IMG/VR virus record: IMGVR_UViG_3300037455_001096
Origin: a virus
Lineage: Duplodnaviria; Heunggongvirae; Uroviricota; Caudoviricetes
Strand: one strand, 5' to 3'
Length of the DNA: 64,000 bases
Under the pieces are notes generated by a model, which was not told the DNA's origin, ran no database searches, and saw only the letters and a list, made by a program, of their open reading frames with translations. This document shows positions 1-9,376 of this stretch, piece after piece (position 1 is the stretch's first letter; each line of letters opens with the position of its first letter). Made by a program: the position numbers and the translations under genes.

Positions 1-132
1 CAGAATAGTCAACGTGTCTATGGCTTCAAACGGTGATTATGTCAGACCGAACCTTCTTGTCATTATGGTCACGGTCGAAACCGACACCTATGGAAAAGAC
101 ACGAGATAGAAGTATAACTAAAATCTAAAACT

Positions 133-789
133 ATGAATATTTCATTTGACACTCTCAACCAATTAACCAAAGAGCAGCAGAAATTCATCCTCGAAGCGGG
201 TGCGCAGCACTGCACGGCAGTCAAACTGAAGCGCAACTTCAAGGAGATTCTGCAACACGCGCTCGGCTATGATGACGTGCGCATTGCGGATTTTGACAAG
301 TTCGCAACGGACAGATACTACATTGCCGCAAAAACGGGAGACAAATACACAATCTGCGGATTCGACAGAAAATGTGTTTTTGTCTATGATGCGTTTGAGC
401 ATATCGAGGACAACCCGAAGCCATCGTTGTTCAAGACACGGGAAAGGCGTGACAGAAAAACGGAGGCGTACAACAAGCGTATGGAACGCAGGGACGTGTT
501 CACCCAACTTTACGAAGACGGCGACAGCGTTGAATCTATGACTTCCAAAATGCGTGAGAACGGCTACCCGAACATTTCGCAGCCCGTGGTGTACAAAGTT
601 GCCTGCGAGTGCGGAATCAAGGTCGGCAAGCCTAAAAACGCATACGAATACGGCGGCAAGTACCGAGGACGGTACAAGACCGCATACGACATTTACGGAA
701 GGCGGACTATGGTTCGTGTTGACAAAATCGACAACGTGAACTTTTTTTCGTCAAAAAAGATGTATAACGAAATGAGGAACGAGTTATGA
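133..789 (+). CDS. hypothetical protein (218 aa)
   Basis: Long ATG-initiated ORF at the head of a co-directional block. No recognisable motif. Confidence 0.55.
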   Translation: MNISFDTLNQLTKEQQKFILEAGAQHCTAVKLKRNFKEILQHALGYDDVRIADFDKFATDRYYIAAKTGDKYTICGFDRKCVFVYDAFEHIEDNPKPSLFKTRERRDRKTEAYNKRMERRDVFTQLYEDGDSVESMTSKMRENGYPNISQPVVYKVACECGIKVGKPKNAYEYGGKYRGRYKTAYDIYGRRTMVRVDKIDNVNFFSSKKMYNEMRNEL

Positions 790-1106
790 GCCTAATCAAA
801 TTCACGCAGGACGACTTGGATAGTATGATTGACATTTTCGTCAATTCAAAGGGCGACCTCAAAAACGCAATCACCGAATATGTAATCAAAGGATATGAGG
901 ACGATGTAATCATCGCGTTTTTCAAGTCCATTGTAGCCGTCTATGACGAACTCATAAAAGACGACCTTACGCAGACTCGGCTTGCGGCTATAAAAATCTA
1001 CATTCTGATGCGAATCAACGTTGCTCTGATGGATGACGATTTCAACGCATCCGAGATGACGGCGGATGAACTCAAAGAAGAAATTGCAAAAATAAGAAAG
1101 AAATGA
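786..1106 (+). CDS. hypothetical protein (106 aa)
   Basis: Start overlaps the upstream stop (ATGA), suggesting translational coupling. No motif. Confidence 0.5.
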   Translation: MSLIKFTQDDLDSMIDIFVNSKGDLKNAITEYVIKGYEDDVIIAFFKSIVAVYDELIKDDLTQTRLAAIKIYILMRINVALMDDDFNASEMTADELKEEIAKIRKK

Positions 1107-1110
1107 CAGT

Positions 1111-1362
1111 ATGGATGAGGATAAATACCTAAAAGGCTACAGAATCGGCATTGAACACGGAAAACGCGATATGCGGATTGAAATGCAGAAGTCGAACAAG
1201 AACACCGACCTGCCTTCCAATGAAACTCTGTTCAAGATATTCAGACTGCTTTTTGAAATCCAAGAAATCGACATAAAGACAAGCAGTTGCTACATCAATA
1301 CCTACGAACACTACGCCAATTACATTACGGAGCATTGGAACGATGCGCCAAAGGAACAATAG
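1111..1362 (+). CDS. hypothetical protein (83 aa)
   Basis: ORF packed tightly after the previous gene. Confidence 0.45.
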   Translation: MDEDKYLKGYRIGIEHGKRDMRIEMQKSNKNTDLPSNETLFKIFRLLFEIQEIDIKTSSCYINTYEHYANYITEHWNDAPKEQ

Positions 1363-1366
1363 AAAA

Positions 1367-1645
1367 ATGGTTTACTACAAAAACATCAAATCATATTATC
1401 CATTAAATATTGATACAATGGGAAGAAGAAAAACGACATCGTATGAGAAAAAGTATGTCACGGACTACGCATACGAAGTGAAGGAACGTACAGTCGAGGT
1501 CGAAGTACCCGATGAACCGAAAAAGAAAGCCGCGCAGGACAGCGCGAAAGAACAGACCAAAAAACCGCGAAGCGGATTCTCCACAGAAGCGAATTGGGAA
1601 ACATTGGCAAGCAACACCGATTTGTCGGCGGCATTATCCAAATAA
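1367..1645 (+). CDS. hypothetical lysine-rich protein (92 aa)
   Basis: The ORF track gives 1343..1645. The internal ATG at 1367 (MVYYKN...) avoids overlap with the upstream gene. Confidence 0.4.
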   Translation: MVYYKNIKSYYPLNIDTMGRRKTTSYEKKYVTDYAYEVKERTVEVEVPDEPKKKAAQDSAKEQTKKPRSGFSTEANWETLASNTDLSAALSK

Positions 1646-1667
1646 ATAAGATAGAATATTTGGAATT

Positions 1668-2123
1668 ATGGAAAAACGACCGCAAATCAGCAGAACAATC
1701 AACCGTATCAGACGCAGGTTCAGAACTTGGATGCGGCATATGTTCGACCCGAAGCACTCCACGAAGATAAGCAAGGAGGAACGGTATTTTATGATTATCG
1801 TGACCCATTTGCTGAAAAGCAAGAACTCGGAGTTGCTGATGGTTCCAGGTATGAACAAGTTTTATATCAAGAGCGATGACGGGACTCTGTTCATCATCAT
1901 CGACCTTCTTATGAACGAGGGCATAGCAATCAACCACGTATTTGGGTATAATATCAAACTTTCGCCGAGGGTTTCATTGTATGTGTACGACAAGTTCATA
2001 CACGAAGTCGAGATACGGCGCAACAATATGGAGAACGAGTACCGAAACAACATACAGAACTCTCTGCACGCCGTTGTCAACCATTATCTAAAAGACATCG
2101 CCAATGAAAGCGTACAAAGTTAG
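1668..2123 (+). CDS. hypothetical protein (151 aa)
   Basis: ATG ORF in the same co-directional block. Confidence 0.5.
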   Translation: MEKRPQISRTINRIRRRFRTWMRHMFDPKHSTKISKEERYFMIIVTHLLKSKNSELLMVPGMNKFYIKSDDGTLFIIIDLLMNEGIAINHVFGYNIKLSPRVSLYVYDKFIHEVEIRRNNMENEYRNNIQNSLHAVVNHYLKDIANESVQS

Positions 2124-2382
2124 GCACAAGGAAAGCGGGCTGTGGTACACCCCAGGGAAAACGAATTTGAGCGAGAAAGGCAAAATCTACACGAACAAAA
2201 ACACTGTCCTTTCAAGCAGCGGAAATTATTCCATAGGTCTAACCGTCTATAAGAAAAGCCGTATCTACACCAAGTATATGGATAAATTCAAAACTTGGGA
2301 TGAAAGCAGATACGGTGACTATGTGATTGCCTATTTCACAAAAGACGACTTTGAACTTGTCGAAATCGAACTAAATTTATAA
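2104..2382 (+). CDS. hypothetical protein (92 aa)
   Basis: ATG ORF overlapping the upstream gene end by 20 nt. Confidence 0.45.
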   Translation: MKAYKVRHKESGLWYTPGKTNLSEKGKIYTNKNTVLSSSGNYSIGLTVYKKSRIYTKYMDKFKTWDESRYGDYVIAYFTKDDFELVEIELNL

Positions 2383-2384
2383 TT

Positions 2385-3101
2385 ATGCAAGTAAACATCA
2401 AGTTATTCGAAGGCGGCACTATGCCCGTCAAAATCCACGAAACCGATGCTGGTTTCGACTGTTACGCACGTTCAAAAAAGAACCGTAACGAATACCAAGT
2501 TGAATACGAACTCGGATTCTCAATCGAGATACCGAGAGGCTATATGGGGCTTATGTTCCCCCGTTCAAGCATCTGCAATTTCGATTTGATTCTGTCAAAT
2601 TGCGTTGGCGTTGTTGACAGCGGGTATCGGGGCGAGGTCAAGGCTGTATTCAACCGAATCAACTCGCCTATGGAAAAAGACTACGAGGTCGGCGAGCGCG
2701 TGTGTCAAATGATTATAATCCCGTATCCCGAAATCGAACTTATACAAGTCGATGAGTTGGGAACGGGTGAGCGTGGGGCAAACGGGTTCGGCAGCAGCGG
2801 CGTGAAAAAGCGGGACTTGGAAACCGAAATCGGCAAAAAACTCTTGGAGTGCAATATGGCGTTCATCGATTGGAAGAACAGTGTGTTGGACGCGGCGGAA
2901 AACAAGCCAGAAGAATGGAGAAGGGGGCAGTCGGTATACAACATCCTTTTCGCCATATACCCCAATGAAGTCGGGGTCGTGCAGCAGGAACGGCATATAG
3001 ACTGTTTCAATGACGACAGCAAGATTGACGATTTCCTCCAAGCGGTCTATGTCGAAATCGACAACAACAAAAAGACCATAACAAAAAACCCTCTGTTTTA
3101 A
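2385..3101 (+). CDS. dut: dUTP diphosphatase (dUTPase) with a C-terminal extension
   Basis: dUTPase motifs AGFDCYA (motif I), PRSSI (motif II) and VGVVDSGYRGEV (motif III) in the N-terminal 150 aa. An extra ~90 aa C-terminal tail follows. Confidence 0.85.
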   Translation: MQVNIKLFEGGTMPVKIHETDAGFDCYARSKKNRNEYQVEYELGFSIEIPRGYMGLMFPRSSICNFDLILSNCVGVVDSGYRGEVKAVFNRINSPMEKDYEVGERVCQMIIIPYPEIELIQVDELGTGERGANGFGSSGVKKRDLETEIGKKLLECNMAFIDWKNSVLDAAENKPEEWRRGQSVYNILFAIYPNEVGVVQQERHIDCFNDDSKIDDFLQAVYVEIDNNKKTITKNPLF

Positions 3102-3115
3102 CGGAGGGTTTTTTG
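3089..3115. terminator. rho-independent terminator, probably bidirectional
   Basis: ccctc...gaggg stem overlapping the dut stop, followed by TTTTTTG. An A-run upstream gives a T-run on the minus strand. Confidence 0.55.
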
Positions 3116-3196
3116 ATAAACAAAAAATAATGATTATGGAAATTGAAAGAATCCCTTTCTAATACTATATAATAAAAAACGGATTTTTATGTTCAA

Positions 3197-3973
3197 TTAA
3201 AATTGTAAAAATCTCGGATTCCAATTCAGACTCAAACCGACACCGACATAAGGTGTCAGTCTTACGGGTCTCGCCAATGCCGCGCCGTAACCAACCTGCA
3301 ACCCTATTCCAAGACCGAACTGCTTGCGTGACTTGTATTCGTATGACTTGTCGGTCACGAGGATTCCCGCGCCGTCATTGAACGTGCAGGCGGGATAGTC
3401 TGTCTTGAGTTTGATGTATGTGTATCCTTTCTTGTCACGGTACAGCATACTCTCGACCCAAATGTTCTGCGATAGGTCGATGTCGGCATTGCCGTTGCTT
3501 TCAAGCATACCCGTTTCGCAGTTCACCTTGTAAGGAACTCTGACAAACACGCTTCTGCTTGAATTTCCGAAATCGCTTTGGTCGTTAGCCGTAATCCAAC
3601 CCATATCGCTCCAAGCCTTTTCAAGGTAAACGGTGTCGTGTACGATTGTTACGGGTATGTTCATAGAATCCGAAACGACAGCCACGTATTTGATTATTGT
3701 TATCGGGGATTTGCCGCGCTCAAGTTTGAGGGAATCGGCGAGTTCGTCAATGCGAAGTTGCATAGCACGCATTTCCGCCACGTTGTACTTGCCTTCCTTG
3801 TAGTTCTTCAGCGTGTCGTTTATGGCGAGCAGGTTGTTTTCAAGACGAGCCTTCTCGCTTTTGTATTTGTTGATTGTGTCGCATTGCTTTATTGTGAGAA
3901 TGCAAAGCACAAGCAATCCAACGAGCAGAATGTATCTGCCGTATTTCTTTATGAATTCAATTACTTTTTCCAT
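3197..3973 (-). CDS. membrane-anchored protein (258 aa)
   Basis: N-terminal hydrophobic segment (ILLVGLLVLCILTI), a central coiled-coil-like stretch and a Gly/beta-rich C-terminus. Confidence 0.5.
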   Translation of the reverse strand: MEKVIEFIKKYGRYILLVGLLVLCILTIKQCDTINKYKSEKARLENNLLAINDTLKNYKEGKYNVAEMRAMQLRIDELADSLKLERGKSPITIIKYVAVVSDSMNIPVTIVHDTVYLEKAWSDMGWITANDQSDFGNSSRSVFVRVPYKVNCETGMLESNGNADIDLSQNIWVESMLYRDKKGYTYIKLKTDYPACTFNDGAGILVTDKSYEYKSRKQFGLGIGLQVGYGAALARPVRLTPYVGVGLSLNWNPRFLQF

Positions 3974-3974
3974 A

Positions 3975-4205
3975 TTACAAGTATGATGCGAGGTCTATGA
4001 TGCTAACCCTGCCGTATTTCTCGTTCAGTTTTTGCAGGAATGCCTTTTCTTGTTCCTCGATTGTCTTAATCTCTGCGGCGAGATTGTCGTGTTTCTGTTT
4101 CAACAACAGCAATTCCGTCTTGACTGCGTTTATCTCGCCGTCACATCTGTTGTAGTCGGAAACGATGTTTTTCAATTCAACAATCTCTTCTTCGGTCAGT
4201 GTCAT
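3975..4205 (-). CDS. small coiled-coil protein (76 aa)
   Basis: The track ORF 3975..4379 overlaps the tail fibre gene end by 160 nt. The internal ATG (MTLTEEEIVELK...) at 4205 is preferred. Confidence 0.4.
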   Translation of the reverse strand: MTLTEEEIVELKNIVSDYNRCDGEINAVKTELLLLKQKHDNLAAEIKTIEEQEKAFLQKLNEKYGRVSIIDLASYL

Positions 4206-4215
4206 ATCGCTCGGT

Positions 4216-7200
4216 TTATTTTTCAACAAATGAAACTGTTTTATTAAATGTGGTCGTTTGGTATGCCAACGGGTCAACAAATCCTGGGACTTTGTTTCCC
4301 GTTCCACCTCCGTTGCCGCTGCTTTGAACCTTTCGGAATGAAACGAATGCCTCGTCATTGAACTGCGGCCCCACGACATAGGAGTACGTCAGATTCATAG
4401 CCGTATAAAGTCCGACAACGGGTCTCAACATAGATTTGAGGTTATATGGCAGTGATGTCGTTTTGTTATACCAATCACAAAGCATTGTAGGAACAATATA
4501 TGTCATTTTGTCGCCGCTGATTCCCATTTTCGGGAAATGACCTTCTCCCCACGCATTGTTGCTTGCCGTCAACACGCCGTCAGACATCATAGTCGTTTTG
4601 CCGTCAAGATGGTCTTTTGCACTCGCTCTGATTTTTGTACTATCCAAAAGACCGTATCTTGAATGATACAATGATGTTTCTTCATTGGTGCTGTTGTATG
4701 ATGAAAGCGACAATTCGTTTCCGACAAAAACATTATGGTTGAACAATGTCTTGTTTGACATTGACGCTTCATCAGTCGTGTAAAGTTCGGTCAATATGCT
4801 TCCGTTTCCATAACAGAACATATTCCTATTGTCGATAACAGAATAAGGAACACGCAGCATTGTCATAGGTTGCTTGTGGAACAATTCGATGGTGTTGTAA
4901 ATTCCTATGTTGGTCGTATCGGCATAATACGTTGTTCCACTGTTTCCTTGTCTTACGTCACCCATAAGCCCGCATACGGTTTCGTTGTATGCGTTGATTC
5001 CGCTGTTCCAAAACGATGCGTAAATCAATGACGGTAAACTTGGGTCTTGGTCGTGCGGTATTTTCAGCATACCGTTGACAACTCTGTACAGTCTGTTTTC
5101 GTGTGTGTTGAACGCGAACCACTCGCAGCGGGCGGTGACATTGACAACATTGCAGACTTTTTGCCAAACTTGATGCACTCTGAACAGCAATGAGTTTTTA
5201 AGTCTGTTTGGATTGTTCGAATTGGCTATGTTGCTTCCGCCTTTCAAGAGTTTTGTGAAATCATCATTGTCCACCATAAACACCTCTGGCGTGTTGCCGT
5301 TGTTATATACACCTATAACATAGTCCATAACACCACACAAGAACTGATTGTAGTAAATGTCTTCAGCAGCCACAAGAATAGGCTCTGTGTGGAGCATAGT
5401 GTTCAATGCGCTGACTTGGAGCGTTGCGTTGTTCACGGATTCAATGAACGGTGTGCCGCTTAATGCTTGAACCTTTGTTGTCGCAGTTCCACCGCTTCCC
5501 CCGCTTGTTCCTTTGGAAGACGGGTTTGCGCTTCCGCCTCCCGTTGAAACGATGCCGCCGTTTGTGGAATCGTAGTATTTCTCCAACTTCCTTTGGTTGG
5601 CGTGTGAGTCAATCACGATTCTGTTTCCGTGGATTGCCACGTCAGCAATGTCGAAGAAATTGACATTCTTCGGGTTTGTCGCGCTCACTTCCTCGTCAGT
5701 CTTGTTAGAGCCGTAAGTTGTCGAGTCCATTTCAATATGGTTTGTCGGGTTGATACCGATGATGATGTTACCCATATTGCGAAGGTCGCCAAAGAATGTG
5801 TTGCCGTTTTTCATAGACGGACGTATTGCGCCGCCGCCGCTGATAAACACATTGCCACCGACATTCTTGAATTGGTTGTTGCCGTCATCAAATCCCGCGT
5901 TGGAAACGCTGTCGCCGCCTTGTATAAGCACATCGCTGCCGAGAGAACCGTTGTGACCCTTGATTTTGAGCATACGTTTCAGCAGGCGTTCATCGCTGCT
6001 TTTTGTCGTATCATCGAATATTGTGATAAGCGGTGAAATCAAATCCTTGCCGAATGCATCGGCGTTCAAGGTTGAGTTGAGCGTTATACCGTATGCGACA
6101 TTGCTGCTTGTCGCGTTGATATATCCAATCAAATCCCTTTGCACAATTGTGGGATTGGCTGAATCAATATTCACTGAAGCGGGTTTCATCGCCATATATG
6201 GGGCATAACCCTTTGCTTGGTCGCTGCCGCCTTTGTCGCTGCCGACATAGATGCCGAATGTATCGCCGCTTGAACCGTTTTTGGGGAAGTTCAGATTGTA
6301 TGCTGTCGCTTCTATACCGAATGAAACGCCGTGCTGCGACCAACCCATAACAGTGCGGGGGTTGTTGTCCTTGTCTTTTGTCTTGACTTTCGGAAAGTCG
6401 TTATTTGTCGGGTCAATCGTTCCCAAATAAATGACGCTTGAAGGGTTGATGTAGATGTCCTTTATTCTGTTCGCGTTGTCCTTGTAACCAAGGTCGTATG
6501 GAGACTTCGGATAAAGTGCGCCAACATAGTTACCCTCGTGCGCAATGACCCATTGCGGTGTGTCGAAACCGACAAAACCTTCCTTGTCGTCAACGGTCAT
6601 AAGAACACGCTTGCCTTGGTTTGAGTTGTCGGCGTATTTTCCGACTTTGATGTTTCCGTCAAGTATCACGAAAACGGAATCCTTGCTTGCGTTTCCGATA
6701 CGGATGTTGTTCTCGTTGCAGATATGGAATTCGTTGCCGCTGCCGACAGACATCCTCGCCACCAAGTTAGAACCGCCGTTGCCGAACACGGAGATAGAGC
6801 CGCTTCCGACCAAATTCAACGCGCTTGTGTTTGACTGCGAAATCACGTTGGCGACCGCACTGCTGTCGCCTCCAAGAACCGTTGGCAATGCGGGGTTGAA
6901 CGGCATTATCGCCCTCTTGTCCGAAGGCGTGTAGTATGTGAACGGGCTTTCTGCTGAATCTGACGGATTGTATATACAATCCCATCCATTAACGGTGTAT
7001 TGCCAAATGCTTCCGTTGTTGTCGTCAATGTAAATATCGTCTATGTTTGACGCGCCTTGCGGGTCGCCGTTACCGTGTATGACACCAGTTCCCTTGACAC
7101 CCTGCACGCCTTGGATACCCTGCTCGCCCATAGAGCCTCTGATACCTTGGATGCCTTGCACTCCCTGCACGCCTCCGCCTTTCAAAGAGAGCAAATCGAA

Positions 7201-7272
7201 ATTGTAATTTATTTTGTCAACCATTGACGACATACTGTCGCCTGCGTTTATGTCTTTGAATGGAATGCTCAT
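4216..7272 (-). CDS. tail fibre / tail spike protein with a short N-terminal collagen-like Gly-X-Y stretch (1018 aa)
   Basis: [32 protein letters not shown] near the N-terminus, then a long Gly/Asn/Ser/Thr-rich beta-type region typical of phage fibres. Confidence 0.75.
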   Translation of the reverse strand: MSIPFKDINAGDSMSSMVDKINYNFDLLSLKGGGVQGVQGIQGIRGSMGEQGIQGVQGVKGTGVIHGNGDPQGASNIDDIYIDDNNGSIWQYTVNGWDCIYNPSDSAESPFTYYTPSDKRAIMPFNPALPTVLGGDSSAVANVISQSNTSALNLVGSGSISVFGNGGSNLVARMSVGSGNEFHICNENNIRIGNASKDSVFVILDGNIKVGKYADNSNQGKRVLMTVDDKEGFVGFDTPQWVIAHEGNYVGALYPKSPYDLGYKDNANRIKDIYINPSSVIYLGTIDPTNNDFPKVKTKDKDNNPRTVMGWSQHGVSFGIEATAYNLNFPKNGSSGDTFGIYVGSDKGGSDQAKGYAPYMAMKPASVNIDSANPTIVQRDLIGYINATSSNVAYGITLNSTLNADAFGKDLISPLITIFDDTTKSSDERLLKRMLKIKGHNGSLGSDVLIQGGDSVSNAGFDDGNNQFKNVGGNVFISGGGAIRPSMKNGNTFFGDLRNMGNIIIGINPTNHIEMDSTTYGSNKTDEEVSATNPKNVNFFDIADVAIHGNRIVIDSHANQRKLEKYYDSTNGGIVSTGGGSANPSSKGTSGGSGGTATTKVQALSGTPFIESVNNATLQVSALNTMLHTEPILVAAEDIYYNQFLCGVMDYVIGVYNNGNTPEVFMVDNDDFTKLLKGGSNIANSNNPNRLKNSLLFRVHQVWQKVCNVVNVTARCEWFAFNTHENRLYRVVNGMLKIPHDQDPSLPSLIYASFWNSGINAYNETVCGLMGDVRQGNSGTTYYADTTNIGIYNTIELFHKQPMTMLRVPYSVIDNRNMFCYGNGSILTELYTTDEASMSNKTLFNHNVFVGNELSLSSYNSTNEETSLYHSRYGLLDSTKIRASAKDHLDGKTTMMSDGVLTASNNAWGEGHFPKMGISGDKMTYIVPTMLCDWYNKTTSLPYNLKSMLRPVVGLYTAMNLTYSYVVGPQFNDEAFVSFRKVQSSGNGGGTGNKVPGFVDPLAYQTTTFNKTVSFVEK

Positions 7273-7303
7273 CGAAATAGTTTTTTAATATTTATAATAA
7301 GAC

Positions 7304-7329
7304 AAAAAAATCCCGTTGCTTCGGGATTT
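7304..7329 (-). terminator. rho-independent terminator (minus strand)
   Basis: aaatcccg / cgggattt stem. The A-run on the plus strand gives a T-run on the minus strand downstream of gene 7334..8380. Confidence 0.5.
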
Positions 7330-7333
7330 GGAT

Positions 7334-8380
7334 TCAGCGGAGGCTCTTGAAATCAAAGAGAATCTTGTGCATTTTATGAAGATACTTTTCGAGGATTTCG
7401 AGAAAGAACGCGCAAAGACCCGCATAGGGTTCTGAACCTTTGAAAACAGCCTTCAGTTTGGGGAACGCCGTTCCGAAATCCGTGATGAACCTTTCGTCAA
7501 GCAGCCTGCCCACGCACTCCGCATCGAATTTTTCCTGCAATATTTTCTTTATCGCAATATATCGTTTATATATTGCGCTGTCATATTCGTTGGACGTGAC
7601 CGAGATTTGGTTGGAGAATGTTTGCAGGTATGCGTTCATTTCCGTCTTGGCAAAATAATAGGGCAGCATATAATAGAAGTCACGCAGGTTGTTCTCTTTG
7701 GTTATGTAGTCCGTGTTGACCGTATAGGAATTGCCCGCCCAATGACCGAATGTCTCAAGCGTGACGGTCTGCTTCTTGACATTGTTTTCCGCTCTGTATT
7801 TCTTGTAGATTTTCTTCATACGGGTTATCTGCGCACGCTCGTATCCTTTTATGAAATATGTGTCGAATACGTGCATAAACTCGTGTTTGACAGTACCGCG
7901 CATCTCCTGCTCGAAGAAACCCGACTGTATGAAAGCGCGGACATCCATAAGGTTGTCAAACGAAAGCCCGTATGCGTTGATGTAGATTATGTGGAGGCGT
8001 GTTCCGTCACCGAGTTTCCTTGTTGTGTGGCTTCCCCTCTCGTTGCCCACGGTGGATAGCAGGTTCGCCGAATCGTGCGACTTGCGGTTGCTCCTAACGT
8101 CCCTGCCGACAGACACCTTGACCGCTATTGTCGATTGTGTGTCGGTAAGGAACACGGGATAGCGGAACTCGCGCCTCTGCGCTTTGAACCAATCCGCTAT
8201 CTCGTCATACATCCACATATAATACAATGTGTATTTCTTTCTGTCGTATTCAAGACGCTTTTTCGATATATGCGATATGTTCCATCGCACGAAGTCGATG
8301 AGGTCTTCCGCAAGAGCGTCAAGGGAATTGTCGCCTCCAAGTATGTGGTGCATATCTGTTCTGAAAGATGTGTCAATCAT
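7334..8380 (-). CDS. hypothetical protein (348 aa)
   Basis: Long ORF with no recognisable motif. Confidence 0.55.
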   Translation of the reverse strand: MIDTSFRTDMHHILGGDNSLDALAEDLIDFVRWNISHISKKRLEYDRKKYTLYYMWMYDEIADWFKAQRREFRYPVFLTDTQSTIAVKVSVGRDVRSNRKSHDSANLLSTVGNERGSHTTRKLGDGTRLHIIYINAYGLSFDNLMDVRAFIQSGFFEQEMRGTVKHEFMHVFDTYFIKGYERAQITRMKKIYKKYRAENNVKKQTVTLETFGHWAGNSYTVNTDYITKENNLRDFYYMLPYYFAKTEMNAYLQTFSNQISVTSNEYDSAIYKRYIAIKKILQEKFDAECVGRLLDERFITDFGTAFPKLKAVFKGSEPYAGLCAFFLEILEKYLHKMHKILFDFKSLR

Positions 8381-9374
8381 TCTTCGGGTTCACTTTGTCG
8401 CAGAACACATTTTCGTCATAATGATTCTCGATTGCGTTTTTGTAAAACAATACGGTTTCTTCACTGATTGGGGTGTAATGATGAGCGTCAACGCCGACAT
8501 TCAAGCCGTTGCGTTTCACCAAGCCCTTCTCGTGTATGTGTCCGAAAAGGTAGAACGCTTTGTCCTCCGCAAGTTCGGTCAGAGGCTCGTGTACGCAACA
8601 CATATCCTTGAAACGCAGGATTTCACCGACCGAATCTTTCACAAGGACTTTCGGGTTGCTGACCGCGAAATTCGGGTCGTCCCTTTCGTAGTTTCCTTTG
8701 AGATAGACCATAGAACCGAAATTCAGTATGTCAAGGTACTCCAACTCCCCGAAATCTCCGAGATGAAACACTATGTCGTTGCCGAACACGGTCTTGTTCC
8801 AATTTGAAACAAGCGTCAAATTCATTTCCTCAACGTTCTTGAACGGGCGTTGGCTCAATTCCAAATGACGGTCAGAGCCGAAATGCGTGTCCGATGTGAA
8901 AAACAGTTTCGGTATGCGGGCGTACTTGTTGGCGACCGCTGTGGCGACTTCCGTCATCGTGGAATAGCAGGGTATGCCTTTCTTCTCGCAGACCCATTTG
9001 ATGTACTCACAATGCTCGCTGCCTTCGGGTACGCCGACAATGAGAGCCTGCGGTGCTTTGCTACTCCAAATACCGAACTCTATGTTTGTCGTCAGTGCGG
9101 GATGCTTGTCGTTTCTGTCAATCCAAAACACTATGGTCGATGCGATGTGCAGTCCGAGTGTTTCCCAAGTGCATTGCTTGTCGTAATAGTCTTTGTCATT
9201 CGTGTCGTAGTTCGGGTTGGTCGGGTTGATTATGTCGCCCTTGAAACCGCATTGTTCAAGTTCGGCAATCATCTCGTCCCTCCAATCCCCGTCACCAGCC
9301 TTTCGCGGACAAGCACCCGCGAGAAATATGGCGTTTTTTATGTTTGTGAATGGTGCTAATGGTTGGTATATCAT
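8373..9374 (-). CDS. fusion protein: N-terminal nucleoside 2-deoxyribosyltransferase/DNPH1-like domain and C-terminal calcineurin-like metallophosphoesterase
   Basis: The N-terminus has NAIFLAGACPRK and a later E..G acidic motif, matching the NDT/Rcl fold. The C-terminus has FTSDTHFG (DxH), HLGDFG (GD) and GNYERD (GNHE-like) phosphoesterase motifs. Confidence 0.55.
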   Translation of the reverse strand: MIYQPLAPFTNIKNAIFLAGACPRKAGDGDWRDEMIAELEQCGFKGDIINPTNPNYDTNDKDYYDKQCTWETLGLHIASTIVFWIDRNDKHPALTTNIEFGIWSSKAPQALIVGVPEGSEHCEYIKWVCEKKGIPCYSTMTEVATAVANKYARIPKLFFTSDTHFGSDRHLELSQRPFKNVEEMNLTLVSNWNKTVFGNDIVFHLGDFGELEYLDILNFGSMVYLKGNYERDDPNFAVSNPKVLVKDSVGEILRFKDMCCVHEPLTELAEDKAFYLFGHIHEKGLVKRNGLNVGVDAHHYTPISEETVLFYKNAIENHYDENVFCDKVNPKND

Positions 9375-9376
9375 AT

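Noticed and set aside
5451-6934. Plus-strand ORFs within the tail-fibre gene 4216..7272
   Set aside because: Embedded in a 3-kb minus-strand ORF with fibre-like composition. Their translations are Arg/Cys-rich and look like non-coding shadow.
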